A DNA stretch of 63,526 bases, the filler included, from Kipferlia bialata (lineage: Eukaryota): assembly GCA_003568945.1 (NCBI GenBank). It is 3 parts of 3 records of this genome, joined end to end, with 100 filler letters (N's around TTAATTAATTAA, not from the genome) between each part and the next. Parts side by side here need not be neighbours in the genome. Positions count along the whole stretch, not along the records: positions 1 to 28,025 come from BDIP01000159.1; positions 28,126 to 56,053 come from BDIP01000160.1; 1 more part is not named here. One strand, 5' to 3'. The position numbers and the translations under genes are program-made. Each line of letters starts with the position of its first letter. Within the stretch, counting starts at the first letter, position 1. A model generated the notes under the pieces. That model was not told where the DNA came from, ran no database searches, and saw nothing but the letters and a program-made list of their open reading frames with translations. Positions 25,582 through 39,300 of this stretch are shown one piece after another.

Positions 25582-27932
25582 TGGAATACAGTATTGGAGT
25601 TACATCGGATTATATGAGTATCAGGGGGGTAGATACATATGATCTGACAGAGTAGTTAGTCTGACCCTATCATAGCTCAATTCACTCCAACCACTGCCAC
25701 TCATACAAATACACAAATACAAACTGCAGCAGCATCTGTGATGTATGTGGGACGTACGCCTTTCGATTGACTGACTGGAGAGCAATCACAAAGAGTGAAT
25801 ATTGCTCCTACACCCTTAGGACACGAATCGAAAAAACTGGATTCATCATTGTTGCCATACAGTGGACCACTGACAGTGGTCACTCTAACCAAGGCACTCC
25901 AACTCCATCCTGACTACACTCTCCGCATATCTCCCTTGGGAGTATTTCAGACAATGGGAGTGATGGATGTGTGGCCTCTTAGCCTGTTAGACCCTGAGTA
26001 CTACACAGAGTACATGTTCATAGGTATGTGTATATAGTTATGCAGCCGTTACGGTTGACTGGCCAACTATACACAGAGGGGCTAGTGGTTAGCCCTTGGC
26101 GCACTGTCATTACTGGGGCCATCCTTTGGATGTGTAGTTATATCTTGGACTGGTGTCAGTGTGACATTCAGAGTCTGAATCAGAGTCTATTTCATGCTCT
26201 CTTACACACCGATTCCCTATTTCTATACTTCTTCGAGACTCGGTTATGTACCTACGGAGACTCTCTGTGTGTTGGCCGGATGTATTGGGTATGTACCTCA
26301 CCCCAGGCTGCTCTGCCGTTGCCGGGTGTCTGTATCTGATGGGTGTGGTCGTGCTTATGGTGGCTGGACACAGGGGGCAGCTCTCAATCACCACTCCCCT
26401 GGTTAAGTGAGTGCCATATGCTAGTGATCTATGTGTCTGGTGTCAGTTATCCGTGTGCATGTCATTTCAGCCGGTCTCTATGCCATATCCCTATGGGACT
26501 GGCTCGGTATCAAGTGGTTCTGTATATGTGTAGGGTTGTGGAGTAAAAGTGAATATGTCATTCCTACGCCACCAGACAACCCTGCCCCCCCCCCTCCCCC
26601 CCCCTCCCCTCACCCCAGGATATCCTTCATTCTGCTCACCCTCTCCTCATTCTCCATGGTGCTGGACCACGTACTGGCTATCGTGTACCCTAGCGCAAAC
26701 ATTAAGCCCGACTGGGTGTCGAAATACTCGGTACGCAGACACATGCGCGTATTCACACTCTTGTTCCTCTGACCCATGAGTTGATCAGCACCATTTCTGA
26801 ATGATCTCTACACATCCACGGTATCTATACTCACCCGTACACCCCCTCTCCCCTTATGCATCAGCTCTATGTAGATCCTGCAGCAGAGGGAGTCTCCATC
26901 CTGCAGTATGTGGGGTTGTTGTATGTATACCAGCACGTCCTGAGGGTAAGTGGCCCCTGTTCTCTTCTCTCGTCTTTCGCTCTCTCCCTCTCCCCCTCCC
27001 TCTGTCTCTCCCCCCCAGGGTGTGTGGAGTGTCAGGGCCAGCAGGATATTCCAGAGGGTCATCATCGTGCTCTGCATACTGCTGGTGAGGTTTAGGATGT
27101 ATATGTATATATACATATATGTATATAATTGCACATAGCACTCATTTGTGGTAGTGTTGGCTATGCAGGTGGTACTTTATTGAAGGTGACCTGTTTTACA
27201 GTGAACGTTACCCCCTCACCCAATCTTCTAACCCCAGACATTGGCTATTGTAGTGGTCTTTGGGGGACAGATTGTGTTGCTCAATCTCATTATCAAGGTA
27301 TTATTATTGTTGGTGTCCCTTACAGTGACGATCACCTTAGCGGTATCCTACCCCTCTCTTTGGCCTTGATACTGAGTATATACATTCTCGACTATTCTCA
27401 TTGAGAGGGGATGCAGGCTGGAGACCCAAAGGCGTGGGAGTACTTTGACTACTGGGACTCCCTCAACGGTATGGTACTGATACTGATACCGGTGCAGTGA
27501 CACATGATGTGATACAACATCACCAGATATATAGTATGAGAGTGGACGTCACTGGCTGTATAGACCCATGTATGCCGTGTCCCTGACCCCAGGGTACCGC
27601 CTGCCCCTCTATGCCGTGGTGGTGGGGTGCGTGGCATCCAACATCATGATACTCACAGCCATCCAGCACATGTGAGTCCAGCTCGATACTTGTGTATATG
27701 TATATGAAGACTCATAGACTCATTAGACTTTTACTGATACATCTGAGTGTTGTGAGTGCTCACAAGACAGTGTATTGGAGGATGGAACGCTGGACAGATA
27801 CATGTCAGTGTATCCGACTATATATATATATGTAAATAGTTGTGTATGTATCTGTTCTGGTGTGTCCTTACCCACCAGGTCCAACAGATCCATCCAGAGC
27901 GGGGGTGGCAACGTCAATCCATCAGAGGCCAG
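25582..27932 (+). CDS. Multi-pass membrane protein of unknown function (3' end lost at contig end)
   Basis: Several hydrophobic exons (TVITGAILWMCSYIL; GCLYLMGVVVLMVA; ISFILLTLSSFSMVLDHVLAIVY; IFQRVIIVLCILL; TLAIVVVFGGQIVLLNLII) bounded by GT/ccccag. Start codon tentative. Confidence 0.5.
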
Positions 27933-28025
27933 GTGCGGCTGTTTGGTGTTATGAGCGTGTCTTTTCGGCAATGGGGATTACCCCCCCCTCCCCCCCCCCC
28001 CCCCCCCCCCTCCACCCCCCCCTCT

Positions 28026-28125
28026 NNNNNNNNNNNNNNNNNNNNNNNNNNNNNNNNNNNNNNNNNNNNTTAATTAATTAANNNNNNNNNNNNNNNNNNN
28101 NNNNNNNNNNNNNNNNNNNNNNNNN
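28026..28125. other. Artificial contig linker N..TTAATTAATTAA..N
   Basis: Six-frame stop spacer (28070-28081) between N runs. Confidence 0.95.
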
Positions 28126-28174
<49 letters not shown>

Positions 28175-28366
28175 ATACAGACACACAGAGAGAGCGAGAG
28201 AGCGAGAGAGAACCAGCAGGCACCCATGGGATATAGAATTATGCACAGGCAGACCTGTACCCTGGAGGGACAAGCATACAATGAGAGTCGTGAGAACGGA
28301 AACAGCCACATTGACAGGTGGGAACATACAAATATGAGAGAGGGGGGAGATGGCCCAAGATGAACT

Positions 28367-28851
28367 ACATGGTGTTATATGGAAGACCCCAGTGGGATAG
28401 ACTACGGGCGGGGGTGTTCTGCAGATGAATAACACAGGTGGATTGACAGTTACGATATGGCACAGTGCAGTAGCTACACTGCACCCAGTGAATGCTCTCT
28501 CCGCTCCTCTCTCTCCCATATATACACCATATATACTTATATATATGTATACATGGCATGTATACCTGCACAGCGGGTGTCACTGCCACTGAGGCAGGGC
28601 CCACAGGGGATATGGAGGTGTCGTGCCCGGCATCATAGGTACCCTCATTACGCAGAGGGGCCAGGCAGATAGGGGCAAGGCGGCCTGGGGTGCCAGAGGG
28701 CGCAGGAGGCTCAGACCTGGGTGAGGCAAGAGAGAAAAAAGAGCGCACCTGTGGGCGCGAGAGAGGAGGGAGAGAGTGGAGCTCACCTGGGCGCAGAGGT
28801 CACGTCAATGACCGCGAGAGCCTCGGGGCGCTCGCCGGAGTCGATGTCCAT
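28367..28851 (-). CDS. Hypothetical protein, N-terminal part (Pro-rich)
   Basis: ATG 28851 MDIDSGERPEALAVIDVTSAP|RSEPPAPSGTPGRLAP...TPAVQ with compatible phase-2 splice. Downstream exons unclear; runs toward contig end. Confidence 0.45.
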
Positions 28852-29588
28852 GGTCACTCGAAGCAACAGGGACTCAAAAGAGATATATCCAGTGGTGGTC
28901 GTTTCTCCCCCTGTTCACTCCCTCACTGACGTAGCGGGATCACAACTTAACACAACCTTTAAACCAGCGGTTTAATCTTCCACTTAAGTTTGGTCAAAAA
29001 CCAAGAAAAGGGTCTGGAAATTGAGATTTTGGGCTTGATGCTCGCCATAGAGCATCCACCTAGTAGGTACATACACACCCGCACACGTGCTGCGCCAGTT
29101 GAGGATGCAGATGCGTGTTCCGGCTCCACTGCCACCCATCCCACCTGCTCGGTTTGGTGCCACCACTGAGCCTGTGCATGGGGACCCAGAGGCGCCGCCC
29201 AAGGTACCCTCTATCACTGTATGAGTCTCTCTGTACATAGAGGCCATATATACATGTTGTGGTGTATAACCATAGGGTATTTTCGTGTGTTTAGTGAGGA
29301 TAATGTAGTGGGGAGATGCAGTATAGTAGTATCAATGCCACTTGTGATTGTATTGCTGAGGTCACGTTATGTATGTCTCTCTCCCATTCTATAGTGGCTG
29401 TGTGAGGTTGATGTATGGATGGTTAGACAGCACGTTAATATTGGTAGGAACCCCCCCCCCCCCCCCCCCCCCCCCCACCCCCCCCCCCCCCCCCCCCCCC
29501 TCCCCCCCCCCCCCCCCTCCTCACCTTAGGGTGACATGAAGGGTGCCTTCTCCCCCCCCCTCCCCCCCTCTCCCCTCCCTCACCTTAG

Positions 29589-29826
29589 GGTGATATGAAG
29601 GGTGCCTTCTTCCACCTGAGGGGTGCAGTCAGGGTCACCCAGGCCATGGTCAGAGAGACAATACAGCTAATCAAGAGGAGGTATACATATACATAAACTA
29701 TAATACATGTACTACACTATACTATATACACTATACATATAATATAGTGAATTTGGTTATATATAGTCAGGGTCACACAGGCCATGGTCAGAGAGACCAT
29801 CCAGCTCATCAAGAGGAGGTATGCCA

Positions 29827-29863
<37 letters not shown>

Positions 29864-32745
29864 ATACTCACCCTAGATGTCCAGGCGTTGAGTGCCATGT
29901 GGCCCCCTATGATCTCTCTCTCTCTTATTCTGTATCTGCCTCTCAATCGTAGGTGTCCAGGTGTTGAGTGCCTTGTTGCCCCCCATGATCTCTCTCTCTC
30001 TCTCTCTCTCTCTTTTGTCATCCTTGACCCTCTTAATCGAAGGTGTCCCGGTGTTGAGTGCCTTGTTGCCCCCTATGATCCTCTCTCTCTCTATATATAT
30101 CTCTCCCTCTCTTAGATATTCTCACTCCAGGTGCCCAGGTGTTGAGTGCCTAGTTGCCCCCTATGAGGCCGATGCCCAGCTGTGCTACCTGGCACAGACA
30201 GGCCAGGTGGACTTTGTGTTGACAGAGGTACATGCATTCCTACACATCATATCTATTTGTACTCACGGAGGTATGTATATGAGCCTGTTGCTGATTCAGT
30301 AAAGATACTTGACCCGTTTCTCCCTCTCTCTACCCCTTCTACCTATCAGGACAGTGACCTCCTTGTCTTTGGCTGTGAGAAGGTCATGTTCAAGTTCAAC
30401 AAGGCAAACGGTACGAATCCATCACGCTTACAGAGTCAATCTGTTTTTTGTCGTATCCAAAGTAGCCATGTCTCACCGTTAGGAACAGGTGACTTTCTGA
30501 TCCGGGACCTTGCTTCCCAACAGGCAGGGTGCTTCTCCGGCATGTCACCGGACCAGTTCAGGTGTGACTATGCCACCAACTCCATATCGGATAATAGTAT
30601 ATATCTATAATGTATATTGTGGCTCCGCCTACTATAGTACTGATGGCAGGGACACGTGCATCCTGAGTGGGTGTGACTATGCCACCAACTGTATATATAT
30701 ACTGTATGTACCTACATTGTATGTCATATATATGCTCAATGCTACACCCCAGAGACACGTGCATCCTCAGTGGGTGTGACTATGCCACCAACATACAGGG
30801 CATATTATATATTGACATAGTATATATATATATATATTTGTTAGGTAATGCTTCAGTACTACTAACCTCTAGAGACACCTGCATCCTGAGTGGGTGTGAC
30901 TATGCCACCAACATACAGGGCATAGGCCTCAAGACAGCAGCCAAGATGGTCAGGGAGAGCAAGGACGCGCTGAGGTACGGTGTGGTTCTACACGATACAT
31001 ATCAGTATTGTATTCATATATGCATATTGTTATTGTTCCTCTCACCCCAGGGTCATTCAGCAGCTGAGGGGCACTGCAAAGTTCGGGAGTAAGGTACGTA
31101 CAGGTGTATATATATAGCGACGCTCACTCTCTCCAATGAGTAGTATGTAGAGATTCCGTTCAGGTTTTCTTTTCCCCCCCGAGAGACTCTCTTGGCTATT
31201 ACTATCTAGTAACTAAGAGTATTTACTCACCCTTCAGATACCCGAGGGCTATGCATCACTGGTGGAGAGGGCACAGCTGTCATTCAGGTACATGCCATAT
31301 ATGATATATATATATTTACATATTTATAAATGCTGTTCTGTTCCGACATACTGCCCATTAGTCCGTACTGTGTATGAGTACACCTTGTGAATACCACATA
31401 TTATATAGTGTGGAGTACTCTGTCTCTTATTCTATACCTATCCCACCCTCAGGCACCAGACTGTGTATGACAGTGACAGCAGGGGCCCCTATTATAATTG
31501 TATATGATGCTACAGTATATAGTATTCTGCCGTGTGCAAATATGCTAATCCTTAGGCACCAGACTGTGTATGACAGTGACAGCAGAGGCCAGGTGCCCAT
31601 GAATGAGATCAAACCGGACACAGGAGGTATCCGCTCCATATATTGTATCACGTTATAACAACACAGGAGGTATCATGTATAGGCTATTTCTGCACGTGCT
31701 TATATCCATTAGCTGTTCTCATTCCAGCCCGTATCCAAGCCCTGGTCTCCGAGGTCGGGTGCTACTTCCTGGGGCCTGTCTATGACAATGAGGATGCAGA
31801 GAAGGTTAGTTTCATGTGTGTTATATCTAATTTGATATATATATGGTATACCTGTGGCAGTTTAGTCTATGGTAACGAGGATGCAGAGAAGGTGAGGCCA
31901 CACTATATACTGTAATATATGGTTGAGTAAGTGCTTGTTCTGTTCCCTTACCCCAGGTGGCCTGTGGTGAGTATGACGCCACCACCCACCAGCCTGTGGA
32001 TGATAGTGTACGCACAGTGGCAAAGGTACATATGTGAGATCTCTTACTGTGTTATTCTTCTGTGTATCACCTGTCCTCACCGCTCCATCTGATACCAGTC
32101 CAAGCCCCGTCCCACTGCTGCAGATATATATATACATATATATAGTATATATAGATATGACTGTATTACTAGGCCTAGTATATATCATATTGATTCCAGG
32201 CCAAGCCCAGACCCACTGCTGCAGAGAGGGCAGCCAGAAAGAAGAAGGAGGTATGGCTATGTGTTCATAACACTTATAGATAATGAGTGGTGCGTGCACG
32301 AGGTAGTGTACCATCCTCTCTGCAATACTGTCTCATACCAGGTCATGGAGGCCAAGGAGGAGAGAGATTCAAAGACGTGTGTTTCCCTGTGTATATAAGT
32401 ATTCGTGTGCCTTATTCTTAGTAGTCTCATACCAGGCCCTATATATATATATATATATATATATATTACAATAGATAATACCAGGCCAAGGAGGCCAAGG
32501 AGGAGAGAGAGAGAGATGCCCAGCAGAAGAGACAGAGGCTGCAGCTGGGGGGCGGGGTTGGACTGATGCACACTCTCACCAAGGTGTGTACATCTCCTAT
32601 CTCTTTGATCATCTCTCTCTCTCTCTCTGATACCCACACTCATATGTGTATATATGCATTTACTTCTTATGCCCACACTCACTCAGACTGAGGCCACGGC
32701 TAGACAGAGGGCCAGAGAGGTGGAGCAGGAGGTAGGGACATTCTA

Positions 32746-32779
<34 letters not shown>

Positions 32780-35321
32780 GCTCTCTCTAGACAGAGGGCC
32801 AGAGAGGTGGAGCAGGAGGTATGCACCTCTCTCTTATTTTCTCTCTCTCTCTTTCTCTCTCTATCCCTGTATGGTGCTTATCATAGGTCCATGACCTCAT
32901 TGACTCTGAGTCTGAGAGCAGTGACCTGGAGAGCCTGGTCAGCAAGAGACACAGGGGGAAGAGGGAGAGAGAGAGACGGAGCCAGGGTCTGGGACAGGGC
33001 CGGGTAGAGGGGTACAGGGCACCAGCAAGTGGGAGCTATACAACCCAACGCTCCACCCAGGGTGCAACCCAGGGGTCCCAGGGCTCATATGGATCATACA
33101 GAAGGAGGGCGGGTGCCAACACAACCACCTACTCCTCCGCAGCCTCTCTATCCACTGAGGATAGTATCTTTGACGCCACAAGTGCAGGCGCCGGGGGATC
33201 TATACCAGTCCCATCTCGGCATATGGGTGCCATGCACGACGCTGAGGCAGGGAGAGAGAGAGAGAGAGAGGTAGTGGAACAGAAGGTGGAGCCAGTGAGG
33301 GAGAGGCTGTCCAGTTCTGATGCCAACCCAGTGGCAAGGTTCGTACACTTGTATTTTACTTCATACTTCAATTCACCTATTCATATACTGATATTAGGTT
33401 CCAAGGTTCGTATCCTTCTGTTCTACCTTACTTACAACTCCATCACCCTTTCATATATACTGATAGGTAGGTTCCCCCGCGCTGCCCCACTCAGGAGCTC
33501 TCCATCAGACGTCTCTACCTCTGTACGTTCAGACGTTCAGACGTTCAGACCTGCTGATGTCTCTGTACCGCGTAGTGTTGCAGAGGAGTCTAGGGAGTCG
33601 GGGGAGTCCTCACCTAGGAGAGCGTCGCCTGTCAACCCAGACAGACTGGCGGCACTCACGGTATGTATAGTATTCATACTATAGTATGTGCCTCTATGCT
33701 ATGAGAGTCAGAGATAGTAGGATTTATAGAAAGTGTGTGAATGTACCACTCACTTCAGGGCCTTACAGTACGTGTTATTGTAGTATGTGTATATATATAG
33801 TAATGTGTGAATGTACCACTCACCCCAGGCTCTTATGGCTAGGGATGACAGAAACAGGGAGGAGAGGAGACGGGCCTCTGAGGCTGCTGCTGCACTGCAG
33901 ACACCCTCCATAGTGGAGACACTCAGGTATGTATTTGTATAGTAGTGTATCTTCTCAGCGTCTAGGATGCTATGACCTCTCTCTCTATCTCTCTCCTTCT
34001 TTATCGTGTATATCTTACTGTCAGAGATACCCTAGCCAATAGGCCTGTCATCACCCCCTCCCCTGCCCCCTCCCTAGACCATGACGATGGGTCCATCACA
34101 TCCCCATCCAGCGGGGGGAAGGCAGACTTCATAGAGGTATATACTATATACACATACATACATATATTCAGGTACTTCAGTGTATGTAGTATGTATATCA
34201 AGTATACTAACCACCAGCGTCTCTCCAGACAGCAGAGGCAGAGGGGCAAGAGAGACAGGAGGGACAGTGTCGGCATGGAGAGGGGGGGCATGGAGAGCTT
34301 CATGCTAGACCCTGAGGACACGCCGGCCAAGACTATCCCTGACCACACCAGACCATCCAAGACCACGGGTGTCAAGAAGGGTAGAGTGAACAGGGAGAGA
34401 GAGGTGGAGGAGGAGGTGATGGACTTCACCAGTGATGGGGAGAGTGATGACCTCACAGCTAGCATACAGCGGAGGCGGATCGAGGCAACACCACTCTCTA
34501 GGTAACCGGAGGATGTATTGAGAATAACAGCATATTTCTGCACTGGTTTGTATACTATGGTCTATATACACTTACTCCAGGTCCCCTGCCTTTGATGGTA
34601 GGACTGCCAGGGGCAAGATGCGTAGGAGTGATGAGCTTCGGAAGAGGAGGGACGAGGAGAGGGAGAGGGAGAGGGAGAGGGAGAGAGAAAGGGAGAGAGA
34701 GAGACAGCAGGAGGCAGCGACCCTTTCCCGCAAGAGGGAGAGAGGGCCACGGTCTCTCCCCTCTCAGAACAACACCCAGGGTTCCCACAGCTCCTACAGC
34801 TCCTATCCTAGAGAGTCTCAGACCCGCCCCCTCTCCTGGGAGTCTGATCATTCCCAGCACACAGCATCTGTCGCTAAGAGGCGCCCTCCCTCCAATACAA
34901 GTGCTGATCTTAACCCGTTTCAAACGGCATCCAAGACTAGTAGGGCAGTCAGTCTTACCCAGTATCCCTCTACTAACGGGACTAGGGGGGCTAGCGGGAC
35001 TAGCGGGGCTAGCGGGAGCAGGCAGGCCGCTCTACTTGAGTCAGGTTAGTATATGTATTATTATTATATATATCTATACATATGGATTAAGTACCACTCT
35101 CACCCTAGGCTCTGTCCCAGATGGCTACAAGAAGAAGGTGAGACGGGCTGCACTGGCTGGGGTGCTGGAGAAGGTAACTCTTCTGCACCACACACTATAT
35201 AGATGTGTGATTTGCATAGACTCATATACCCCTCTCACTGCAGGCCAGGGATAACTCTGTACGTAGACGCAGTGCCCAGGTCCTAGACCTTGACAACCTC
35301 AAGTTCAACGGAGGCAGCTAG
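29589..35321 (+). CDS. EXO1: Exonuclease 1 (XPG/Rad2 family); XPG-N segment not visible
   Basis: CPGVECLVAPYEADAQLCYL...VLTEDSDLLVFGC (XPG-I); CILSGCDYATNIQGIGLKTAAK (H3TH); FRHQTVYD (EXO1-typical). Long disordered C-terminus ending LDLDNLKFNGGS* (TAG 35319-35321). Confidence 0.92.
29766..30165 (+). repeat. Nested exon-edge copies in an EXO1 intron (1 donor-side, 3 acceptor-side)
   Basis: Copy of upstream exon end at 29766-29820. Copies of ag|(g)tg[tc]cc.gg.gttgagtgcc..gt.gccccc at ~29876, ~29951, ~30041, and the live one at ~30129. Confidence 0.9.
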
Positions 35322-35696
35322 CGACCTCCCCTCCCCTTTATAGTCTGTTGTGTGTTCACTTACCCGTATCTGTTTCATTCGAGTGTTGGAGTGTGTTATC
35401 ATTCATTATCGTGTTTAGTTGTGTTTTTCGTTGTTCTTCTGTTGATGTGCCATGTGGACCTATCATAAATGGTTTGTGCATTCAATGTTTTGCGATCTAC
35501 GTTGGTAGAGGCTGCTCCTGTTAATCTGTCACAAAGCACGAGAGGGTCGAGTCAAAACAATGGAGAATCTCCGGAAATATTCCGACTTTCCGATCAAATG
35601 TCCGATTTCATCAATCTTGGTGGGTTGATTTGGGCTCCCCACCTGTACTCTCTCTTCTCTTGCGTGGCTTGCAACCCTACTTCAAGGCACCCACAA

Positions 35697-36232
35697 ATGT
35701 CGCACAACGTTGATAGCTGGCACTGGGAGGAGAAGGACTGGACCCCATGGTACGGCTTGTGTATATCGTATAGAGAGAGTGGGGTACTACTCTCTGATCA
35801 AACCTGTGACACCCTGTTTGTGCATATGATCCACTATGTACCTGACACTCAGGGCCGAGGCCAGGCTGAAGGAGATCATGGGATCCAAGTGGCTGGTTGA
35901 GGAGGGAGACATGAAGGTTAGTACCATTCAAAGGGAGAACACATTATGTTTCATCATACTGTTCCCTGCTGTGTTGCCTCACTTCTATCAGCACACTCTT
36001 GTTAGCATTTAGCAGGTAGGTTGATATCTCTCGACTTCACCCCTCTCTTCAACACAAACCGCTCCCACTTTGTATATGTTTCTTCTGGTATATCATCCAC
36101 CTATCGATGCTCATATCCAGGTCACCTTCTCTGTCAAGAAGTGCGACGGAGACGCCTTTGTCATGGTCAGAAAGAAGAAGGTCATGCACACATTCGAGTT
36201 TGAGATGAAGCTCAAGTTCACAGCCAATGTCG
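35697..36232 (+). CDS. AHA1: Activator of Hsp90 ATPase, Aha1 N-terminal domain (truncated at poly-C tract)
   Basis: MSHNVDSWHWEEKDWTPW|AEARLKEIM...|VTFSVKKCDGDAFVMVRKKKVMHTFEFEMKLKF matches the Aha1_N pattern (NxNNWHW..., RKGK...). Only about 75 aa visible. Confidence 0.8.
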
Positions 36233-36330
36233 GTACGTAAGGATCCCCCCCCCCCCCCCCCCCCCCCCCCCTCTCTTTTTTTTTTGTTCCCCCCCCCCCC
36301 CCCCCCCCCCCTCCTCTCACTGACTCTCAG

Positions 36331-39300
36331 GTCTCGTACCAATCTGCGTATCTACGTGCTGGCCATGATGGGTCTCTACTACCGGAAGAAGAAGAAGAGA
36401 TCAGTGGCACTCTCAGAGTTCCAGCAGGCATGCGAGCTCCTGAGACACACCAAGGTACGGGTGTATGTACACATTTCTAGATGACTGAGTGCTTCCATAT
36501 ATGTCTGAATGATACACAATCCTCCCCCCCCCCCAACCTTTCTCTCATTATGCTTCTACTGTTGTTTCTATCCCTATCACTCACTCCAGGAGTTTGAGGG
36601 TGCTGGTCCAGTGTACCTGGCCACTGGGTACCTGTACTCACTGGGAGGGGGACTGGATGCCCCGCAGAAGGTATATACACTAGTGTTAGATGGGCAGAGT
36701 TAGTCACCACCTTGACTCTTCCTAGTTGACCCCAGGCCTTCCGCATGTCCCTCCGCGGACTTCAGTGGTATATACTCTCTGTCTGTAAGATGCTATGTAT
36801 ATTGTATATAGCCTCCTTTAACTCCAGGCCTTCCGCATGTCCCTCCGCGGACTGCAGTGGGCCCTTGCCCAGATACACCTGCCTGTCTCTGACCCAGACT
36901 CTGTGTCAGAGCTGGTCAAGGAGAGCGCAATCATAGGTACACACCTCCCCCCCCCCCTCCCCCGCCCCCTTCTCTCTGTGTGTCTTGCTTGTACTCTAGA
37001 CTCATTCACTCCCAGGTCACTACAATGTTGCCATTTCACTCAAGAAGGGCTCAGGATCGAAGCTCGGCGTCAAGGCAGGCAGAGACAAGGAGGTGGGTGT
37101 CTTCTTATCAATATCTGTGTGGGTCTCACCCCCAGCATAATCCATAATCACGTTCTGTTCTATCTCTGCTCTCCCTCACTCCCCCCCCATCTCTCTCTGC
37201 CTTACCCCCAGCAGGATGACCCCTACTACCACATCAGCCGTGCCCTCTCTCTCCTTCTCTCCATGTATATACAGATATCCTTGTATATGTGAATATATAT
37301 ATATCTGTCTCACCTTCAGCAGGATGACCCCTACTACCACATCAGCCGGGCCCTGTCTCTTGTGGATCTGCTACAGCTGGGTGACCACGGCATAGCAACT
37401 AGGGTGCAGAGGGCATTCAGATCATTCGATGCTAGGTACGTTTATGCCGGTGTACTTCTAGTATATATAGGAAAGTATATAGTATACATTTGTTGTAGAG
37501 TCTGAATATGTATACATTCATATGTGTTAGTGTCTCACTCCAGGGAGCGTGCCAAGGACATGCGTGCCAGGGGTGAGTCTGGAAGGCCACACCCTGCATC
37601 AGCTGGGCCAGCAACTAGGTATAGTATAGTGAATAGTATATGTTCCCATCTGTCTATACACTCCATATACCTTCTTACCCCTAGGGCCCCCAGCTTGCCC
37701 ACTGCAATATTGTTAGTTTTGTGTGTTCATTATTACCCTCTCCCTATATGACCCCTCACCCCCAGGGCCACCAGCGTCCCCCACCTCCCCAGGCTATCCG
37801 GCACCACCAAGAGGGGTCAGGATGGGACAGCACGGGGCACTATCCCCAGACCCCCCACCGATGCCCCGCCCCATGCCGCCACAGCCTACAAGCCAAGCAG
37901 TGCGCCCAGTGGGTCATCCTTCACATCCTCCTACCACCTCGCTGCCACTACTAGACCTCCCCAGGGGCATATCCAGATGGATGACACCACTGGGTTCAGG
38001 AGCGTGCCCAGTGGCAACATGACAATCAGGTACAGTGCCATATACTAAAAATATATATAATTATTGTAGTTTAGTATATAATGGTGCTATAATATGCTAA
38101 CTCCAGGCCCCCCGATGAGAATGAGCTCCCTGCATCTAGGTTCGAGAGGGACTCCTACGACGATGGGGTGGACATCCCATCCCCTAGCTCGTTCATCCCA
38201 AGGCCGCCTAGTAAGGTAAGATCATATATATACTATCCGAATGGTATAGAACAGTGGGTTATGTGCGTGTTGTTGCTGTTACTGATGCCCAGGGTGCCGG
38301 TGTCGGCTCAAGGGGAGGCTTTGACTTCACTGCTCCGAGACCACCCATGCCTGGCCCACCTAGGGTATGTATATACTTTACTCTCCACCTCTCTGTCTCT
38401 CTCTATATATATGTATGTGTATGTATGTTTATATATATGTATTTACTGACTCCTAGGGCAGACGCGAGAGACCTAGGGAGAGGCCTGGCAGCAGGGGTCG
38501 CAGACTGGTGGCCAGTGGGGGAGAGGATGAGTCGTACCTCCATGTGCACCCCCCATCCTCCCACAGCCAGAGGAGACAGACACCGCAGACAGGGGCCATC
38601 GCAACTGCTAGACAGGTATGTGCACTCTCTCAATACTGTATACATATTTGTATATATATGTGTATATATATGGAGAGAGAGAGAGAGACAGACGCCGCAG
38701 ACAGGGGCCATCGCAACTGCTAGACAGGTATGTGTCAAGCATACATCATACTGTTAGACTCTATAGTGTTGACTCTTCACTTCTTACATCCAGAGACAGA
38801 TGCGTGCCCTGGCCCCTGCCCCCCCTACCTCGGCACCCATTGGGGCTACAAAGTCTCGCAGACTCCGTGGAACCAAGGGTACACAGCATCACATATCATC
38901 TAGTATATATGTGTGCATGGATTCAGTGACAATGTGTTGCTAACCCCCAGCCACCAAGGGCGAGAGGTCCGTTGGCATCACGTCCTTGGGCACCGAGTCT
39001 CTGCAGCTGAGGCACTTTGCTGGGTCGGGGAAGAGCAGGGACGACGGCGTGGCACCCCCTCCCTCTGACACAGAGAGGAAGACTGCCCTCAGACTCATCC
39101 TGGCAGCCAAGCAGGTATATCCACTCGTCGCGTTGTTTTTGCGCTCTCTCTCTCTCTGTGTGTGTATGTGTGTGTGTATCTCTGGACCTTTCTCTCCCTC
39201 TCACTCCCTAGGCCGTAACTGAGGAGAGGGCTGCCACCAAGATTGAGGGTGCAGTGAGGGGCTTCCTGGTCAGAAGGAGGATCAGGAATGAAGCCATCAG

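Noticed and set aside
28026..28125. TTAATTAATTAA palindrome between N runs (also 56054-56153)
   Set aside because: Artificial six-frame-stop contig spacer; synteny across it is meaningless.
35568..35610. Clustered TCCGA/TCCGG words upstream of the Aha1 start
   Set aside because: Too short and unsupported to call a promoter element.
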